DNA of 36,224 bases from an uncultured bacterium (GTDB lineage: Bacteria; Patescibacteriota; Saccharimonadia; UBA4664): assembly GCA_963720265.1 (NCBI GenBank), contig CAVRET010000002.1, positions 1,072,069 through 1,108,292 of the forward strand. The letters run 5' to 3'. Below, in pieces: positions 16,297 to 26,514 of the stretch. The notes under the pieces were generated by a model, which saw nothing but the letters and a program-made list of their open reading frames with translations, searched no databases and was not told where the DNA came from. Position numbers and translations under genes: made by a program. Position 1 is the stretch's first letter. Each line of letters begins with the position of its first letter.

Positions 16297-16938
16297 ATGA
16301 ACAGCTTGACCAATTCCAAAACACTTGGTGTCGCGATCTTTGCCTTCATCCTGCTGGCACTAGCTGGCATCTTCTATTACGTCAACTATCAGGCCACGAG
16401 CGACATGCAGCCCAGTTATCACAACTCCAACTGGAAGACCGCTACGCTTGAGTACGAAAAAATCACCTACCAGTACCCGCCCAGCTGGAGCGTGACCAAT
16501 CAGTCCCGGGCCATGCCCAAGGCCGAAAACTACTGCTCATATCCGGGCGAAGATAGTATTACCCTGACGAGCCCGACCAAAGCCCAAGTTTTCTTGGAGG
16601 CCGGTCAAGTCTGCCCCGGCCCTGAACAATCCAAAACCTGGGGATCGGTGCCCACGACCGCTTTTGGCAGTAAAGCCTACCTTGTTTTTCAGGCCCCGTT
16701 GGACGTTCAAAAACTCGGCCCAACGCGGCCAACCAGGGCCTGCCTGTCAACCGCTACAAATCCCAAAACCGCCTCCGGCTATGAGAGCAAAAACATTTTC
16801 GTAAACCACAGCGTCGTGGGCAACGCCCTAGCCTACAATATGTTTTGCTACATTCCGCCCCAATCGTCGTCACAGCAAATTGAACGCTCAGCCGACTGGA
16901 ATACCGCCAAACAGATCTTTGAGACAATGCATTACTAG
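16297..16938 (+). CDS. Membrane-anchored extracytoplasmic protein (PsbP-like start motif)
   Basis: N-terminal TM, WKT...ITYQYPPSW and four Cys. Confidence 0.75.
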   Translation: MNSLTNSKTLGVAIFAFILLALAGIFYYVNYQATSDMQPSYHNSNWKTATLEYEKITYQYPPSWSVTNQSRAMPKAENYCSYPGEDSITLTSPTKAQVFLEAGQVCPGPEQSKTWGSVPTTAFGSKAYLVFQAPLDVQKLGPTRPTRACLSTATNPKTASGYESKNIFVNHSVVGNALAYNMFCYIPPQSSSQQIERSADWNTAKQIFETMHY

Positions 16939-17216
16939 GAGTCCAAAATCTCGAACAGCTCGGTGCTAAACGGCTGGTCAGACGCGTGGCTAGCGGCCAA
17001 ATGTCTGGACAGCTGTGGACCGATTACTCTCTTGCCCGCCTCCGCTGATTCCCATACCACGGCCATGCCATAGGCACCGGTCTTTGCATCACCGAAAGCC
17101 GTTATCCTGTTGCAGCCGGGTTGTGCCCGGATCTGCGGTACCAAGTCGGCAAAAATCGCTTGAGCATCGGAGAGCTTGTTCTCGCCAAGACTAAACTTTA
17201 CCAATCTAAGTAACAT
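16935..17216 (-). CDS. ABM-like (dimeric alpha/beta barrel) protein
   Basis: VPQIRAQPGC...VVWESAEA; TGCTATCAT 6 nt upstream of the ATG. Confidence 0.7.
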   Translation of the reverse strand: MLLRLVKFSLGENKLSDAQAIFADLVPQIRAQPGCNRITAFGDAKTGAYGMAVVWESAEAGKRVIGPQLSRHLAASHASDQPFSTELFEILDS

Positions 17217-17310
17217 GCCACCATGATAGCACGGTTGTGAGCCCATGTAAGTCGGGCATATAATGGTGAATAGCCGAACAAAAGCAGTAACAAAAAAACC
17301 GGGAGGGAGC

Positions 17311-17994
17311 ATGGCTAGATCGATTGAAATTGAACTCAAATACGAGGTACTTGATCGCACGGAGGTGATGCGCTTCGTGGACAAGCTCAAGCTGGTCGAG
17401 CGTAAGCGTATCCTTGACGTCTACCTTGATACGAATATCGCCGACCTGTTCAAGCGCGGGATCTTCATGCGCATGCGAAACGGCAAAAAATTCGACATCA
17501 AGTTCAACCTCGAAGACATTGCCAAGGGCCTGAACGACCGCATCGAACACACGCACTGCGACGAGGTGTCGATCGCGCTACCTTTTACACCCGACAGCAT
17601 GGCGGCCGCAAATCAAACACTGCACGCGTTGGACCTCGCGCCGATGACCGAGCCCAGCCTCGAAAACCTCAAGCAACGCAATCGTCTCATAGAGTCAATG
17701 ACCGTTGATAAGCTCCGCACCACCTATGCTGACGGCGACTTCCACATTGACCTCGATAAGGTAAAAGATCTGGGCGAATATCTCGAAATTGAGCAGATGG
17801 TAGATGAGCGCGCTGACCGCGATGCGGTTGTTGGCCGCATGCGCCAATACCTCACCGGCCTGTCATTAAAACACATCGACGTCGGCTACAATGAGCTCTA
17901 CTGGCGTGAGCACAACTTTGAACGCTATCTCGAAGGCAAGTACCTGCTCATCGAGGATCGCAGGAAGTACCGGCCGCAGACGCTCGGCTCGTAA
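17311..17994 (+). CDS. CYTH-domain protein (class IV adenylate cyclase/triphosphatase family)
   Basis: EIELK, DVYLD, MRMR, KLR and LGEYLEIE motifs. Confidence 0.88.
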   Translation: MARSIEIELKYEVLDRTEVMRFVDKLKLVERKRILDVYLDTNIADLFKRGIFMRMRNGKKFDIKFNLEDIAKGLNDRIEHTHCDEVSIALPFTPDSMAAANQTLHALDLAPMTEPSLENLKQRNRLIESMTVDKLRTTYADGDFHIDLDKVKDLGEYLEIEQMVDERADRDAVVGRMRQYLTGLSLKHIDVGYNELYWREHNFERYLEGKYLLIEDRRKYRPQTLGS

Positions 17995-18067
17995 CACCAC
18001 GCCGGTCTTCTAGTCGTTGTCGCAAGCTACTTTACAAAACCAAATACTAGGCATAGCATGGTACTCA

Positions 18068-18427
18068 ATGAACGAATCATTTGATCACCAAGAGTACGTC
18101 GACCAACTGGGCACCCAGATGCGCAAAGGCTTCCTCGTCTACTGCGTACTGCTCATTTGCGCCCGTGGCGATGTTTACAGCTCCGACATCATTGGCAAGC
18201 TCCAAGATGCATCACTCGTTGTTGTTGAGGGCACGATCTACCCGCTGCTCAGCCGCTTGCACAAGGACGGCTTGCTCTCATACCAATGGACCGAGTCGCC
18301 TCAGGGGCCGCCGCGCAAATATTACCGCCTCACAGCCGACGGCCAAAAAGTCTTAACCGAACTACGCAAGACCAATCAGCATCTGCAAACTACGCTAAAT
18401 AATATTGAGAGGACCGCCCGTGGATAA
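18068..18427 (+). CDS. PadR-family transcriptional regulator
   Basis: QMRKG...EGTIYPLLSRL...WTESPQGPPRKYYRLT. Confidence 0.93.
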   Translation: MNESFDHQEYVDQLGTQMRKGFLVYCVLLICARGDVYSSDIIGKLQDASLVVVEGTIYPLLSRLHKDGLLSYQWTESPQGPPRKYYRLTADGQKVLTELRKTNQHLQTTLNNIERTARG

Positions 18428-20078
18428 AATTACCCGCATCCACATTGCCCGCGTACCATACGAAATTAGTGCCGCCGGCCAGGAACGGCTGCACGAATAT
18501 TTAAGCGCCATCCGAAACGCTCTCGACCCCAGTCTGGCCGATGACATCATGGCCGATATCGAGGCCCGCATTACGGAGATTTTAAACGAACGGGGGATTA
18601 AGAAAAACGATGTTATAACCAGTAAAGATGTGAAGGCCGTCGAGGAACGGCTGGGATCGCCCGAGCAGTTTGCCGGCGGCAAAGAGCCGAAAGAGCCGGA
18701 CGACAAGCCAAAAAAACTGTTACGTGATATGGAGGGTGCCTACGTGGGCGGGGTGGCAGCCGGTCTCGGTCGTTATTTCGACATCGACCCGCTCTTCATC
18801 CGCCTGGCCTTTGTGGCGCTGACCTTTATAAGCGGCATCGGCATCATCGCCTACATCGTCTGCTGGCTGCTCATGCCTGCGGCCAAAACCAGCAGCGACA
18901 AACTGCAGATGGCCGGACGTCCTGTAACGATCGCCACCTTGCAGCGATACCGGGCCGTAGCCGCCGGGCAAGGCCCCGGCAGCCCAAGTCCGGGGCAAAA
19001 AGTTGTACACGCAGCGGCGAGGGCAATTCTCCTCATCCTTAAAATCGTTTTTAGCATCTGGGCCAGTCTCGCAATTCTCGCCCTCCTCGTGGGCCTGGGA
19101 ATAGCCACAAGCACGCTGTTTGTCGATCCGTTCCATGCCATCGTAAACAGTTACCGGCTCGATTACATAGCCGTAGGCTTGGTTTGGCTCACGGCAATTT
19201 CACTCATCGGCTTGCTCGTCACCGCGTTAGTAGCCGTTTGGAAGCAGCATGCGCGTGAGCTCAAATACGGTGTGCTCATCTTTCTACCGCTGACCATCGC
19301 CGCGCTCGCCGCCACCGGTGCTACTGGGGTCTTTGTAGCCAACCACTTCGGCAACGAATACGGCAATGGCAAACTCGTAAAACCACTAGCCGTAACGGGT
19401 GCCAACGCCCAGGCGGCGCCCACGAAGCTAAATGTCCAGGCCGACCGTGACCTCAACCTGACGTACGTAGTGTCAAACGGACCCATCCACGCAACTTACT
19501 TGGCCTATCCCGGCCTCGGCCGTCCGGATCTTACCATCACAGACGCGAACGGCACCTTCACCGTCTCGGCTGCCGATTTGGCCAAAGCCGCTCCCAATTG
19601 TTTCGGCCGGCTCTGCCGTCAGATCTACCTGCCCGTACAAGTCACGCTCTACGGCCCGGCGCCCACTGAAATAAACGCTCCAAATGGCGCTCAGGTAAAT
19701 CTGTCCAACGCCAACTTTAATCAGCCGCTCAGCGTCTCGGCCGCTGACGACGCCTCGGTCAGCCTGAACAATGACACTATGGTCGAACTCATGCTAAGTG
19801 CGTCAGGCGGATCAATAATTCAGGCCGGCAGCAGCAGTGCGCAGAACACCACGGCCGCGGTTGATAGTACGTCGCAAGTGGGTCTGCCGGCCACTGCCAG
19901 CTTATCCGCCACCATCCCATCAGATTGCACAGCGACCGGCAATCAGCCGCTATCGCTTACCAGCCAGCCCGGTCAAACCACGATCAACGGTGTACTCCAA
20001 ACTGCAACAAGCCTGTCCGCCAACAGCTGCGTCCAATTTCTCACCGCCCTGCCGCCGCCGCAGCCGCCCAAGCCATAA
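18420..20078 (+). CDS. PspC-domain membrane protein
   Basis: DIEARI...LGSPEQF, the PspC motif GGVAAGLGRYFDIDPLFIRL...YIVCWLLMP, TMs and a beta-rich tail. Confidence 0.88.
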   Translation: MDKITRIHIARVPYEISAAGQERLHEYLSAIRNALDPSLADDIMADIEARITEILNERGIKKNDVITSKDVKAVEERLGSPEQFAGGKEPKEPDDKPKKLLRDMEGAYVGGVAAGLGRYFDIDPLFIRLAFVALTFISGIGIIAYIVCWLLMPAAKTSSDKLQMAGRPVTIATLQRYRAVAAGQGPGSPSPGQKVVHAAARAILLILKIVFSIWASLAILALLVGLGIATSTLFVDPFHAIVNSYRLDYIAVGLVWLTAISLIGLLVTALVAVWKQHARELKYGVLIFLPLTIAALAATGATGVFVANHFGNEYGNGKLVKPLAVTGANAQAAPTKLNVQADRDLNLTYVVSNGPIHATYLAYPGLGRPDLTITDANGTFTVSAADLAKAAPNCFGRLCRQIYLPVQVTLYGPAPTEINAPNGAQVNLSNANFNQPLSVSAADDASVSLNNDTMVELMLSASGGSIIQAGSSSAQNTTAAVDSTSQVGLPATASLSATIPSDCTATGNQPLSLTSQPGQTTINGVLQTATSLSANSCVQFLTALPPPQPPKP

Positions 20079-20092
20079 CTCGTAAGCCCAGC

Positions 20093-20860
20093 CTATCGCC
20101 TGCTTAGCACACGGTCTCCCCCCGTGCGGTTAAGCATCATGTAGCTAACGCATAGCGCAATGGCGACAAACAATATCAGGCTCACGGTTCCGTCACCCCA
20201 GCCTAGGCCTCCAATTGCCTTGGATTTACCCGTCCAGTCGGCAAACGACGCTCCGAGTGGACGGGTCAGAATATAGGCCGCCCAAAACACTGCCACTTCG
20301 TTCAATCCTAACCATTTCCAGGCCACAAACGGCACCACAATCAAGCCGGCAAACACTAGCCCGGCTGAAAAATAGCCGAGCCCAGCCGTACTGGCAGCCA
20401 AATCACCGGCCGCCGTCCCGAGCGCAAACGTTGCCATTACCGTGGCCCAATAAAACAGCTCACGTCGCACGGTTGTAATTTTATGAATCGACAGCGTGCC
20501 TTCGGTCCGGTACCACAGCCAAAAAATAGCCACGAGAGCCAAAGCAAAGGCGGTCGTTGAAATGATATATGGCACACCAAAGCCCACGTGTACCACATCG
20601 GCTGCCATGGTGCCAAACACCGCCACCATCGCCACCGCCAGCCAATACACCCACGGGATGTAGCGCCGCACGGCAAACTGAAGTATGAGCGCAATCGCAA
20701 AGGCCGCCGCACCAATCGCTACGGCCACGTAGGGCGAAAGCCGAAACACTAAAAAGTCCGAGGTCGATTCGCCAAGTGCCGTGGTCAAAACTTTTGTTAC
20801 CCAAAACAGCGCCGTTACTTCCGGCACCTTGCGAAACGCGTAGTGGCGAGCGAGCTGCAT
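20093..20860 (-). CDS. DUF347-repeat (COG4705) membrane protein
   Basis: KVPEVTALFWVTKVLTTALGE, FALGTAAGD and LTRPLGAS. Confidence 0.88.
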   Translation of the reverse strand: MQLARHYAFRKVPEVTALFWVTKVLTTALGESTSDFLVFRLSPYVAVAIGAAAFAIALILQFAVRRYIPWVYWLAVAMVAVFGTMAADVVHVGFGVPYIISTTAFALALVAIFWLWYRTEGTLSIHKITTVRRELFYWATVMATFALGTAAGDLAASTAGLGYFSAGLVFAGLIVVPFVAWKWLGLNEVAVFWAAYILTRPLGASFADWTGKSKAIGGLGWGDGTVSLILFVAIALCVSYMMLNRTGGDRVLSRR

Positions 20861-20867
20861 TGCCCCC

Positions 20868-20884
20868 ATTATAGCGGGTATAAT
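20868..20884. promoter_or_regulatory. Back-to-back divergent -10 boxes
   Basis: ATTATA-GCGGG-TATAAT lies between the divergent ATGs at 20860 (-) and 20893 (+). Confidence 0.65.
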
Positions 20885-20892
20885 AACTGCGC

Positions 20893-22299
20893 ATGATGCA
20901 AACATTCTTCTTCTACGATCTCGAAACCACCGGATTCGACCCCAAGGTTCAACGCATCCTGCAGTTTGCGGGCCAACGCACAAGTTTGGAGCTTGAGCCA
21001 ATCGGAGAGCCGGTCAATTTCCTCATTCGCCTCAGTCCAGACGTGCTGCCCGATCCTTGGGCCATCGGCGTTTCCGGCATTACGCCGCAGCAAACACTCG
21101 AGCACGGACTCAGTGAGCGCGACGCGGTGGCCAAAATCATGCTTGAATGTTTCACGCCGGACACTATTGCCGTCGGCTTCAACAACATTCGCTTTGACGA
21201 CGAATTTATTCGCTACGCTGCCTACCGCAATTTCTGGGATGCCTATGTTTGGCATTGGCAGGACGGCCGCGGCCGTTGGGACCTGCTTGACGCCGCCCGA
21301 CTGATTCGCGCGCTGAGACCGGAGGGCGTCACCTGGCCGAACGACAGCGACGGCCGGCCGGTCAATAGTTTGGCAGCGCTCGCCGAAGCCAACCACATTG
21401 AGCATTATCCGGTCCACGATGCCTCAGGCGACGTGCGCGCGCTGATTGGCCTCACCAGGTTGCTGAAGTCGGCGCAGCCCAAAATGGTTACCTACCTGCT
21501 CGGAATGCGGGCCAAGAGTGCGATCACGCAGCTGGTTAACCTCGAGCAGCCGGCAGTCTTTGTGTATGCCTCAGGTAGCTGGGGCAACGACAGCCAGTAT
21601 GTAACCGCGGCCCTCCCCATTGGCGCCGGCACAAACGATAATATTGTGGTGTATGACCTGCGCCGCGACCCCACGCCGTTTTTAAATCTGAGCGTAAAAG
21701 AGCTCCGCGACCTCAAATTTGCTACTCGCGAACAGCGCGCCCAGCCGGGTTTCTTGTCGCTACCAGCCAAGGAGCTTGCACCCGGCCGCTGCCCGGCTGT
21801 GGCACCGTGGAGCACAGTCCGCCCGGACGATGCTGAGCGCTTGGGTCTGGACGCTGACGCCATCAAGCGCAATCTATCTATACTTGGTGAGCGCGATCTG
21901 CGCGACCGCCTCACGGCCGTCTTCCAGCCGCCGGCTCGCAAACCCGGCCTGGTCGACGTTGATGCAGCGCTATACGATGGCTTTATTAATCATCAGGGCG
22001 ACCGCACTGCCATGCGGCAGGTTCAAACTGCTACCGATGCTGAGCTCGCCCATCTCCGGCCGGCCTTTCACGATCCTAGGCTAGACGAGCTGTGGCTGCG
22101 CTACCGCGGCCGCAACACGCCCGAAGCTTTGAGCCCGGCGGAGCAATCTCGCTGGCAGCAATTTGTGGCCGAACGTAGGTCCGCCGGGTTGCCGGGCTTC
22201 AAGCGCGGACTGGCCATTGCGAAAAATGCCGGCCAGCTCACACCAGACCAAGTGTCTGCCCTCACCGAGTGGTCAACTCAGCCGGCCGGGCTAGCGTAG
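20893..22299 (+). CDS. sbcB: Exodeoxyribonuclease I
   Basis: FYDLETTG, QFAGQRT, GFNNIRFDDEF, HDASGDV, DVDAALYDGF and RYRGRN. Confidence 0.92.
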   Translation: MMQTFFFYDLETTGFDPKVQRILQFAGQRTSLELEPIGEPVNFLIRLSPDVLPDPWAIGVSGITPQQTLEHGLSERDAVAKIMLECFTPDTIAVGFNNIRFDDEFIRYAAYRNFWDAYVWHWQDGRGRWDLLDAARLIRALRPEGVTWPNDSDGRPVNSLAALAEANHIEHYPVHDASGDVRALIGLTRLLKSAQPKMVTYLLGMRAKSAITQLVNLEQPAVFVYASGSWGNDSQYVTAALPIGAGTNDNIVVYDLRRDPTPFLNLSVKELRDLKFATREQRAQPGFLSLPAKELAPGRCPAVAPWSTVRPDDAERLGLDADAIKRNLSILGERDLRDRLTAVFQPPARKPGLVDVDAALYDGFINHQGDRTAMRQVQTATDAELAHLRPAFHDPRLDELWLRYRGRNTPEALSPAEQSRWQQFVAERRSAGLPGFKRGLAIAKNAGQLTPDQVSALTEWSTQPAGLA

Positions 22300-22405
22300 C
22301 TGTGGAATGTAGGCTCGTCTCTGCTATGATGACAACAATGCACGCGCCTTCAGGAGCACTCTCAGCGTATCCTAAGGCCGGTCCCATTATGCTGATACCC
22401 GCGAT

Positions 22406-23506
22406 ATGAAGTCATGGTTCATAGATAAACTCAAAAGCACCGGCATCGACCGCGACCTCTGGCTTTCACTTGCGGCCGTGGCCGTCGTGGTGTGCGCTGG
22501 CCTTTATTTAGGCTGGGACAATAACCGCGTAATAACCCCGATGCCGGAAGCGCACGGTTTCCACTACACTGCCGAGCGGCACAATCCCTTAAGCTTTTTC
22601 TCGGAATGGGACAGCCCGGATTATCTGCAAATCGCCAAAGACGGTTACACGAACGATTTTTGGGTAAATTGGTTTCCGTTCTATCCCATCACCATCAATC
22701 TGGTCCATCGGATTATCCCGTCAGCACTCGACAGCGCGCTCATCATCGCGTGGACGAGCCTGGTGGCAGCAGTCTACGCTTATATCAAGATCGTTAGGCG
22801 AATATTTAAGATCGACAACACCTATGAGCCGCTACGCGCGCTCATCTTTTTCTTGCTGTTTCCCACTGGAGTCTTTCTGATCGCACCATTTTCAGAGAGC
22901 CTCTATGCGGCGCTGGCTCTCGGTGCAATTTACTTTGCGCTTGAAAAACGGTGGAAACCGGCCGCCCTTCTCCTGCTGCTGTGTACCGCCACACACATCA
23001 CTGGTCCATTGGTGGTAATACTTGTCGCGCTGATTTTGCTCGAAGAAAACGTACCCCGTCACACGGTCGCATTCACTGTCGCCATTGGCAGCCTGGGTCT
23101 TGTGACCTACATGAGCTACCTATACGATCGCTTCGGCCGGCCGTTCGCATTTTTGGAATCGCAGCAGATCTACCACCACTGGACCAGTTACGGCATTCTC
23201 AATCTCATCGTTACCGCCACGCCGTCGCGGGTGCTGAGTCTCATACTCGTCATAGCCGCCGGTGTTTACTGGTGGAATCGCCGCCGCAGCTTCGCTATCT
23301 ACTCATGGCTATTCCTGGCCATTCCTATCTTCGGCCGGCAGTATGGCGGGTTCAACCGTTACGTGCTGATGGCCTTTCCAATCATGTGGATGTTCTACGG
23401 TTGGCTGCGCCACAAATCAACGATTTTCCCCTACGCCGCCGCCATACTTGGCATACTCTGGACCTACTTTCTGCTCCAGTATGCCGCCGGCTATATTGGC
23501 AGCTAG
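22406..23506 (+). CDS. GT-C polytopic glycosyltransferase (PIG-V/mannosyltransferase-like)
   Basis: WDSPDYLQIAKDGY, FPFYP, FSESLY, RYVL; many TMs. Confidence 0.85.
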   Translation: MKSWFIDKLKSTGIDRDLWLSLAAVAVVVCAGLYLGWDNNRVITPMPEAHGFHYTAERHNPLSFFSEWDSPDYLQIAKDGYTNDFWVNWFPFYPITINLVHRIIPSALDSALIIAWTSLVAAVYAYIKIVRRIFKIDNTYEPLRALIFFLLFPTGVFLIAPFSESLYAALALGAIYFALEKRWKPAALLLLLCTATHITGPLVVILVALILLEENVPRHTVAFTVAIGSLGLVTYMSYLYDRFGRPFAFLESQQIYHHWTSYGILNLIVTATPSRVLSLILVIAAGVYWWNRRRSFAIYSWLFLAIPIFGRQYGGFNRYVLMAFPIMWMFYGWLRHKSTIFPYAAAILGILWTYFLLQYAAGYIGS

Positions 23507-24468
23507 TACGTTTTCGTCAGCGACGGACTGGCGGCAGCAGGTCCAGGTGTGCTAGCCGGTTCTGGTTCTATGGCCGCCTTGGGATCCGGTTGAGCACCAC
23601 CCCGGTAGCTTGAGAGTGAGAAAATCGCCCGGCCACGCGCTGCCAGTAAGATGGCAAAGATAATACCCAAAAATAGCAGGTAGGTTGTCCGGTCGAGTAT
23701 ATTTGCGCCTACAATGGCGGCATTCGAAATGTGGTGCAGACGTTGGCTAAAGATCAAGAATGACTCACGGATACCCACCGCCCCTGGCGTAACATTGACA
23801 AACAGTGCAAAATTCGCAGATCCCGTATAGCTCATAATCTGCCCAATCTTAGCGCCCGGCGCCACGCTCCGCAGCTCCGCCCAATAAATCAGTACCTGGC
23901 AAATAGCCTGAAAACAGGTCGCAAACAGCAGAAACGCCAGATTCTCAGCCGTTAAACTCAAACCCCGCCGGCTTAAATTGTGTCTGCGCGCATACAACCT
24001 TGCTCCCGCAAACGCCCCCACGCTCACGATCGTCACGCCGATCAATGTCTGCCACCACGCCCGCACTCCACCGATCAAAAGCAGCATGCTCACGGCCGCA
24101 TAGAAAATGTAGTACACCAGGGTGGCAAAAATATACCGGCGCAATGGCAGGCCGTGCCGGCCCTTCAAATATAGGCCCCTAAGCAGCACTCCCCCCTGAC
24201 CTGGCAGCAAGTAATTAACAAACGTCGAATAAGCGTTGAGGGTAAAGTTTTCCCCGTGCGGAATCTCGTGATTGCAAATTCTTAAGGTCGCCTGCAAGAT
24301 CAGCGCCAGTGCGCAAAACCAAAACGCAAATAGTACGAGCAGGGTCACAATTGTCAGTGGAGAAGTATGCATGAGCTGATGTTCAAGCGCCGTGTTATCG
24401 TCAGTCAGATACCAGAAAAAGATGCCCAGGGTAACCAGAGTGATACCGAGGCCTACCGCGACTCGCAA
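23503..24468 (-). CDS. LPG-synthase TM / flippase-like membrane protein
   Basis: NYLLPGQGG..LR, TPGAVGIRE and DR motifs; start uncertain. Confidence 0.85.
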   Translation of the reverse strand: MRVAVGLGITLVTLGIFFWYLTDDNTALEHQLMHTSPLTIVTLLVLFAFWFCALALILQATLRICNHEIPHGENFTLNAYSTFVNYLLPGQGGVLLRGLYLKGRHGLPLRRYIFATLVYYIFYAAVSMLLLIGGVRAWWQTLIGVTIVSVGAFAGARLYARRHNLSRRGLSLTAENLAFLLFATCFQAICQVLIYWAELRSVAPGAKIGQIMSYTGSANFALFVNVTPGAVGIRESFLIFSQRLHHISNAAIVGANILDRTTYLLFLGIIFAILLAARGRAIFSLSSYRGGAQPDPKAAIEPEPASTPGPAAASPSLTKTY

Positions 24469-24509
24469 CTGCTTCTTAACTGCTAACCGTTTAATGCGCT
24501 GAATGGTAA

Positions 24510-25481
24510 CTAATCCCCATGATTCTTAAGTTTATCAAATCTTGCCCGTTTGGCTTCAGTCAGTAAGTCTTCAAGTAACGCCCGATTTACGCTAATCAGG
24601 TCGGCCACAATCCCCAGCGTGAACGAAATAAACGCGGCCGTGAGCAATACGGCGCCGATAATGAGTGATTGCAAGTGGTGTGAGCCAAAGGCCGTCTTGG
24701 GCGCGATCAGTACCTCATAGAGATAGTGGATAAACGGAATCAGCCCGCAAATGAGCAGAAGTATGCCGAGCGTAAAAAACACCGCGTACGAGTTGTAGGT
24801 CACGAGCCCCCGCATAATGGTTATGCTCGATTTGCGGATATGCTGCCACTTCGACTTATAATTGCGCGATTCGCGCAACTTTGGGCCGGTTTGAATTGGG
24901 ATCACCATAATAGCTTGCCGCTTGCGCGACGCCTGGATCGTGGTCTCAGTGGCCCAACTGTAATTGGCGATTGGATTCAGCGCCATTGCTGCTTCTCTCG
25001 ACCAGGCCCGAAACCCGGTGATGGCGTCCGGCACATTCGTGCCGGCCACACGGTTGAGTACAAATGTGCCAAATTTCTGGAAAAACTTGGTAGTAGTAGA
25101 AAAGTGCTCGATCGTCTGTGTCTGGCGGTCCCCGATTACGACATCAGCTTCACCGGCCAAAATCGGCGCCACCAGGTCGGGAATCCGCTCTTGCGGATAT
25201 TGGTTATCGCCCTCGGTCATCACAATCACATCTGCGCCTAGTTCAAGCGCCCGATTCAGGCCATGCTTAACCGCCCGGCTCATACCCTGGTTTTTCGTGT
25301 GGCGCACGAATTGGGTCACGCCGAGCTCACGCGCCACCTCAACCGTCCGGTCAGTGCAGCCGTCGTCGATAATCAGGGTATCAATTTCATCAATGCCCGG
25401 CACAGATTTGGGCAACGTCTTAAGCACGAGCGGGAGAGTGTCCTCTTCATTGAGGCAGGGGATCATTATTATGAGTTTCAT
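24510..25481 (-). CDS. GT2 glycosyltransferase (polyprenol-phosphate sugar synthase-like)
   Basis: IPCLNEE, IDDGCTD, EGDNQY, TGFRA and two C-terminal TMs. Confidence 0.92.
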   Translation of the reverse strand: MKLIIMIPCLNEEDTLPLVLKTLPKSVPGIDEIDTLIIDDGCTDRTVEVARELGVTQFVRHTKNQGMSRAVKHGLNRALELGADVIVMTEGDNQYPQERIPDLVAPILAGEADVVIGDRQTQTIEHFSTTTKFFQKFGTFVLNRVAGTNVPDAITGFRAWSREAAMALNPIANYSWATETTIQASRKRQAIMVIPIQTGPKLRESRNYKSKWQHIRKSSITIMRGLVTYNSYAVFFTLGILLLICGLIPFIHYLYEVLIAPKTAFGSHHLQSLIIGAVLLTAAFISFTLGIVADLISVNRALLEDLLTEAKRARFDKLKNHGD

Positions 25482-25661
25482 AAAAGCTCCATAACCGATT
25501 ATCTAGGCCGACCTTTAGAATTTGCTGAAAAAGCTTACCACACAAATCAGTTGACTAAGGTTAATTATAACCCTCACGCTAAAATGCCGCCCCCAGCGCG
25601 GGCTTTAGCATTGGTGCCCTACATACCGTATAATCAAACAGTTATTGCTCATTTTACCCCT

Positions 25662-25735
25662 GGCACCTTGGCGGAGTGGTTACGCGCAGGTCTGCAAAAC
25701 CTATTACAGGGGTTCGATTCCCCTAGGTGCCTCCA
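25662..25735 (+). tRNA. tRNA-Cys(GCA)
   Basis: GGCACCT/AGGTGCC acceptor stem, CT-GCA-AA loop, TTCGATT T-loop and U73-CCA. Confidence 0.95.
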
Positions 25736-25807
25736 GGAATTATTAACCTAACAGCATGAGAGCCTCCGGGCGGGCCGGAGTTGAATGCTCTCAGCCGGCC
25801 CGAAGGC

Positions 25808-26410
25808 TCAGTTAGTCACGCGTCGAAGCGTAACGTACAGTAGCGCATCCAGCGCCAGTTCAGTCTGCCGGGCGACAAAGTCCGGGTCACCCTCACTGCT
25901 ACCTTCGATGGTGAGGTACCCCTCTCGTCCGTAGAATCCCAGCGTCACAGCCGTAAGGTCCCGGAAGTTCTTGAGCCGCGCCTGCTGAACGCCTGGATTG
26001 TCGTCCGCCCGGCTCGATGCTCCCTGTCTTTGCGAGGCACGAGCGAAACAGGTCTCGTCGCATACGGCCAGTCGGATCACGCCCACCAGCGGCCGGTCGA
26101 GCTCTTCCAGAAGGCGCAGGAGCCACGCGGGTTCACCGTCTCGGCGGGTAACACCGTCGAGAATGATCGGCTGATCGGGTGGGACCCGGCGAATCGCGGC
26201 TTCGAGCGCGTCCAGCAGGGGGCCCGTTGGAGATATGCCGCCCGCCGCCATGACGGCCGCGCTCCCGGCGTTACCGATGCCGCGCAGCAACTCGCCAGAC
26301 GAGATGTGCGCGGCATCGTGTACGCCGGCTGCACGCTCGGACTGAGTACTCTTGCCGGACGTAGGCGGGCCATGAACGATCACGACCCAGCCATGCCTGC
26401 CACTGGTCAC
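25808..26410 (-). CDS. Adenylate-kinase-family NMP kinase
   Basis: GPPTSGKSTQ, HISSGELLR, IILDG and RADD; GGAGGTG upstream. Confidence 0.85.
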   Translation of the reverse strand: MTSGRHGWVVIVHGPPTSGKSTQSERAAGVHDAAHISSGELLRGIGNAGSAAVMAAGGISPTGPLLDALEAAIRRVPPDQPIILDGVTRRDGEPAWLLRLLEELDRPLVGVIRLAVCDETCFARASQRQGASSRADDNPGVQQARLKNFRDLTAVTLGFYGREGYLTIEGSSEGDPDFVARQTELALDALLYVTLRRVTN

Positions 26411-26514
26411 AAACCCTCACCTCCAGTGAGTGGAACGATCCGGACGAACTGGAAGAACCAACTATAGCACAAAAATCACAAAAAGCAAACTACATCACTC
26501 ATCGGGCGCGTAGA

